Positions 25,582 through 28,241 of a stretch of DNA of 28,241 bases are shown piece after piece. The stretch is taken from IMG/VR virus record IMGVR_UViG_3300027849_000048, positions 1-28,241 of that record. One strand, 5' to 3'. How positions within the stretch are numbered: position 1 is the first letter of the stretch; each line of letters begins with the position of its first letter. The notes beneath the pieces were generated by a model. It saw only the letters and a list, made by a program, of their open reading frames with translations, was not told where the DNA came from and searched no databases. This DNA comes from a virus. Lineage: Duplodnaviria > Caudoviricetes. The position numbers were made by a program, and so were the translations under genes.

Positions 25582-28241
25582 ATGAAACTACTAGAATACG
25601 TACAAACTTTAAGCTCAGATATATCCGTAGGTGAAAAAATTGCTCTAACTAAAGCTTGGAAGAATAAAAACCAGCCAAAAGTTGAGGAAGAAGTAATTGA
25701 AACTCCTATTGAAGAAGTAAAGACAAACGGTGCTGCGGGAACGGGTGCGGCTGTAGCACCGACAGAAGAACGAGTGTCCACGGAAAAGTCTATAGAATCA
25801 AAATTGGAAGATTCAAAGCTGATGTTCGATTTTTCTGATATAAGAAAAACAACACTTTCTAATGCAACTAGCAACGAGTCATCACCTTCTTTGCTAGCTG
25901 ATCCAGATAAAACTTTTTTTCAACAAGTGGGATTATCTCCTACTTACAAGTTACCAGAAAAATATTCTGAAGTCTCAAAACCTAAAGAAATTTACTCTCC
26001 GGGAGATGGATGGGATTACAAGTTTGACTTTGACAATAAAACTGGAAGTATAAATTATTTCACTAAAAAGAAAAATGACGAAAAGTTTATTCCTTTAAAA
26101 AACGAAACTCAAAAATTTTACGTTGCAGACGTTTTTAATCATTTAAATGAAGAGCAAAAAGTTTTAATAGAAGAAGCCAGAAGAAAAGAAAAAGACTTTA
26201 CTATAGGCAATTCTTTAGATATAACAGAAGAAGACAAGGCTTTATCTCCTAGGTCTTTAGAAGAAGACCCTTTAAAGCCTTTTAAAACCATAGAAGAGTC
26301 TAAAAAAAATAAACAAAACGAAGAGTTTATAATAGCTATAGGTGTTTCTGATTTAGATATTAATAGAAAAATCAAAAACATTGTTATAAAAGAGGCTTAT
26401 AACGTCGAAAACAACTACGAAGAGTTTAAAGGTTTAGAGTATGAAGGTGAATTAGAAATAAATGAGCCAGGACAAGGTATTAAACGTGTTGAAGAAGACT
26501 ATTTGCTATCGGATTTAAAAAACCTAAATGCAGGGTTTAATGTTGATGACTTTTTAGGTTTTATGAACGAAAAAGGCTATACAAAAGATTATACAAATAA
26601 TTACTTTAAAGATTCTTACGGTAGTCTAGGCACGTATGATCTAAGTCCTGAAGACTACTCTAGACTAGAAATTAACAGACAAAGAGATTTAGACAATTAC
26701 TTAAATTTATATGTAGCTGATCAAACTGATAGATACAACAATAGGCTTTACTTAAGCTATATAAGCAAAAATAAAACTAAATTCAAAGACGTTAAAAGTT
26801 TAGACGAGGCTATATTAAAAGCTAAAAAGTATTTTAAAAAAGAATACGGTCAATCTACTTTTGCTCCTTTTGATTTAAAAAAATTCAAAGGCTACAGAGA
26901 TAATCTTTTTCCAGAGCTAGTTACAGCTGAAAAACAAGCAATTGCCGCTGGAGACGAAAAAAGAGCTGCTATAAAAGCGCAAGGAACTGCTGAAGGCTTG
27001 CTTTTTGACAGTACTAGAAAAGGTTTTCAAGGACTTATAGGTCAAGCTGAAGATCAAGCTTTAGAGTTGAGGTCTTTATTAGGTTATGATATAGGTGTAG
27101 CTAGAAATTTAAATTCAGAAAGAGACTTATTAAGATCGGCTACAGACGTAAGATATGGTTACGTAGAAGGGGTTGAAGCTGAGGTTGATGGTATTACATA
27201 CATAAAAGATGAAGATGGAAATATATACGACACCACTAATCAAACAACACTAGGTAGCGTAACAGAAGAAGAGTATGCTAATATAAGCAAAGCTTTAAAT
27301 ACTAGTAAAAAAAGAGGAACTTCTTTTAGCAGCGCTGGAACCACTGAGCAGTTTGCTGCAACTGGTGGCACTATGATGTTTGATATAGCTTCTGTTTATG
27401 GTTTAGGTAAATTTACAAAAATAAGCAAAATAGGTAAATTAGCAACGGCTTTAAAAATGCCAAAAACTTCATTTGACGCTTTAACTTACTACACAGCGAG
27501 CGGTTATGTTTCCACAAAAAAAGACACGTATAGCCAGCTAATAAATGCTGGAGTAAATGTTGACGAAGCTTCAGAATTGTCTGAAACAGCTGGTAGATTA
27601 GGTGGGATTCTTTACGGTACAACTAGTTTGTTTGCTCCTACATCTCAATACATGAAAGCTTTTAACAAAGCTGCTAACGTTAATAACGCTGTAAACCAAG
27701 CTGTTCGTGGTTATAAAAAAGGAGGTAAATCTGAATTTACTAAAATAATTATAGATAATTTTAAAAAATTAAAACCCACTAAACAAGGTGCTATTAAAAC
27801 AGCAGGAGCTGGTGGTCAAGAGTTTGTTCAAGAAGAATTGCAAACAGGGCTTGAGACTTTAGGCCTAAACGCTTTTATAAACAAAAAAGCAGGCGCTAAT
27901 ATATTAGACGAAACATTTACTAGACAGGACTTTATTAGCACTGGCATACTTTCTTTTGGAGCGGGTGCTGCATTTTCTAATTTAAACTTACCAGGTTTTA
28001 AACCTAATGCACAACAGCAATTACAAAACTTATACATACTAAGTAAAGATGTAGCTGGAACAAAAGACTTGTTAAACAAGATGGTTATAGATGGAGAGGC
28101 TACCACTGAGCAGGTTTCAGATGTTATGTTTCAAATTAAAGCTGTAAACAATCAAATGTCCGGCATACCTTCAAGCGTTAGTTCAGAAACTCAACTTGAA
28201 TCAGCTATAATACTTCAAGAAATTGCAGATCTTCAAAACAG
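25582..28241 (+). CDS. Large probable ejection/internal virion protein (3' truncated by window edge)
   Basis: ATG at 25582 gives MKLLEYVQTLSSDISVGEKIALTKAW... The frame is open in the stretches I translated, including the last lines (about 886 codons). It is absent from the ORF track, consistent with having no stop. Later Gly/Ala-rich segments (GAGGQEFVQEELQ, GILSFGAGAAF) are typical of large ejection proteins. Confidence 0.8.
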   Translation, partial: MKLLEYVQTLSSDISVGEKIALTKAWKNKNQPKVEEEVIETPIEEVKTNGAAGTGAAVAPTEERVSTEKSIESKLEDSKLMFDFSDIRKTTLSNATSNESSPSLLADPDKTFFQQVGLSPTYKLPEKYSEVSKPKEIYSPGDGWDYKFDFDNKTGSINYFTKKKNDEKFIPLKNETQKFYVADVFNHLNEEQKVLIEEARRKEKDFTIGNSLDITEEDKALSPRSLEEDPLKPFKTIEESKKNKQNEEFIIAIGVSDLDINRKIKNIVIKEAYNVENNYEEFKGLEYEGELEINEPGQGIKRVEEDYLLSDLKNLNAGFNVDDFLGFMNEKGYTKDYTNNYFKDSYGSLGTYDLSPEDYSRLEINRQRDLDNYLNLYVADQTDRYNNRLYLSYISKNKTKFKDVKSLDEAILKAKKYFKKEYGQSTFAPFDLKKFKGYRDNLFPELVTAEKQAIAAGDEKRAAIKAQGTAEGLLFDSTRKGFQGLIGQAEDQALELRSLLGYDIGVARNLNSERDLLRSATDVRYGYVEGVEAEVDGITYIKDEDGNIYDTTNQTTLGSVTEEEYANISKALNTSKKRGTSFSSAGTTEQFAATGGTMMFDIASVYGLGKFTKISKIGKLATALKMPKTSFDALTYYTASGYVSTKKDTYSQLINAGVNVDEASELSETAGRLGGILYGTTSLFAPTSQYMKAFNKAANVNNAVNQAVRGYKKGGKSEFTKIIIDNFKKLKPTKQGAIKTAGAGGQEFVQEELQTGLETLGLNAFINKKAGANILDETFTRQDFISTGILSFGAGAAFSNLNLPGFKPNAQQQLQNLYILSKDVAGTKDLLNKMVIDGEATTEQVSDVMFQIKAVNNQMSGIPSSVSSETQLESAIILQEIADLQN

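Noticed and set aside
662-28106. All minus-strand ORFs in the track (e.g. 662-934, 6607-6930, 12098-12448, 25578-25874, 27828-28106)
   Set aside because: They are short antisense shadows of well-supported + strand genes, with S/F/L-rich composition typical of reverse-complement frames and no motifs.
1-28241. Stop-codon reassignment as in some crAss-like phages
   Set aside because: Genes are long and densely packed under the standard code. TAG (groEL, portal) and TGA (groES, 5867 ORF) act as real stops at gene junctions.

Overview
This window is part of an AT-rich tailed-phage genome, and all credible genes lie on the + strand. It begins with the 3' end of a phage groEL, followed by groES and a winged-helix protein. 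Next comes a cluster of small Lys/Gly/Gln-rich ORFs around a minimal HExxH metallopeptidase, then a secreted protein, a 3TM holin, a second tandem GroES-like gene and a podovirus-like morphogenesis module. That module runs: terminase small and large, portal, acidic scaffold-like protein, major capsid protein, adaptor/ring proteins, a two-gene tail stabilisation/nozzle protein, and ejection-type proteins that continue off the right edge. SD-less, A/T-rich translation starts and a Gln-at-+1 signal peptide point to a Bacteroidota (Flavobacteriia-like) host; this is inference. The most notable signals are: a three-part phage chaperonin system with a Cpn20-like double GroES; a 186-codon +1-frame ORF with a lipoprotein-like signal inside terL; small proteins sharing an S/T-P-hydrophobic-x-K motif next to a peptidase; a repeated intergenic promoter-like motif; and nested beta-module insertions in the tail proteins. 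All family calls come from reading motifs by eye, not from database searches.
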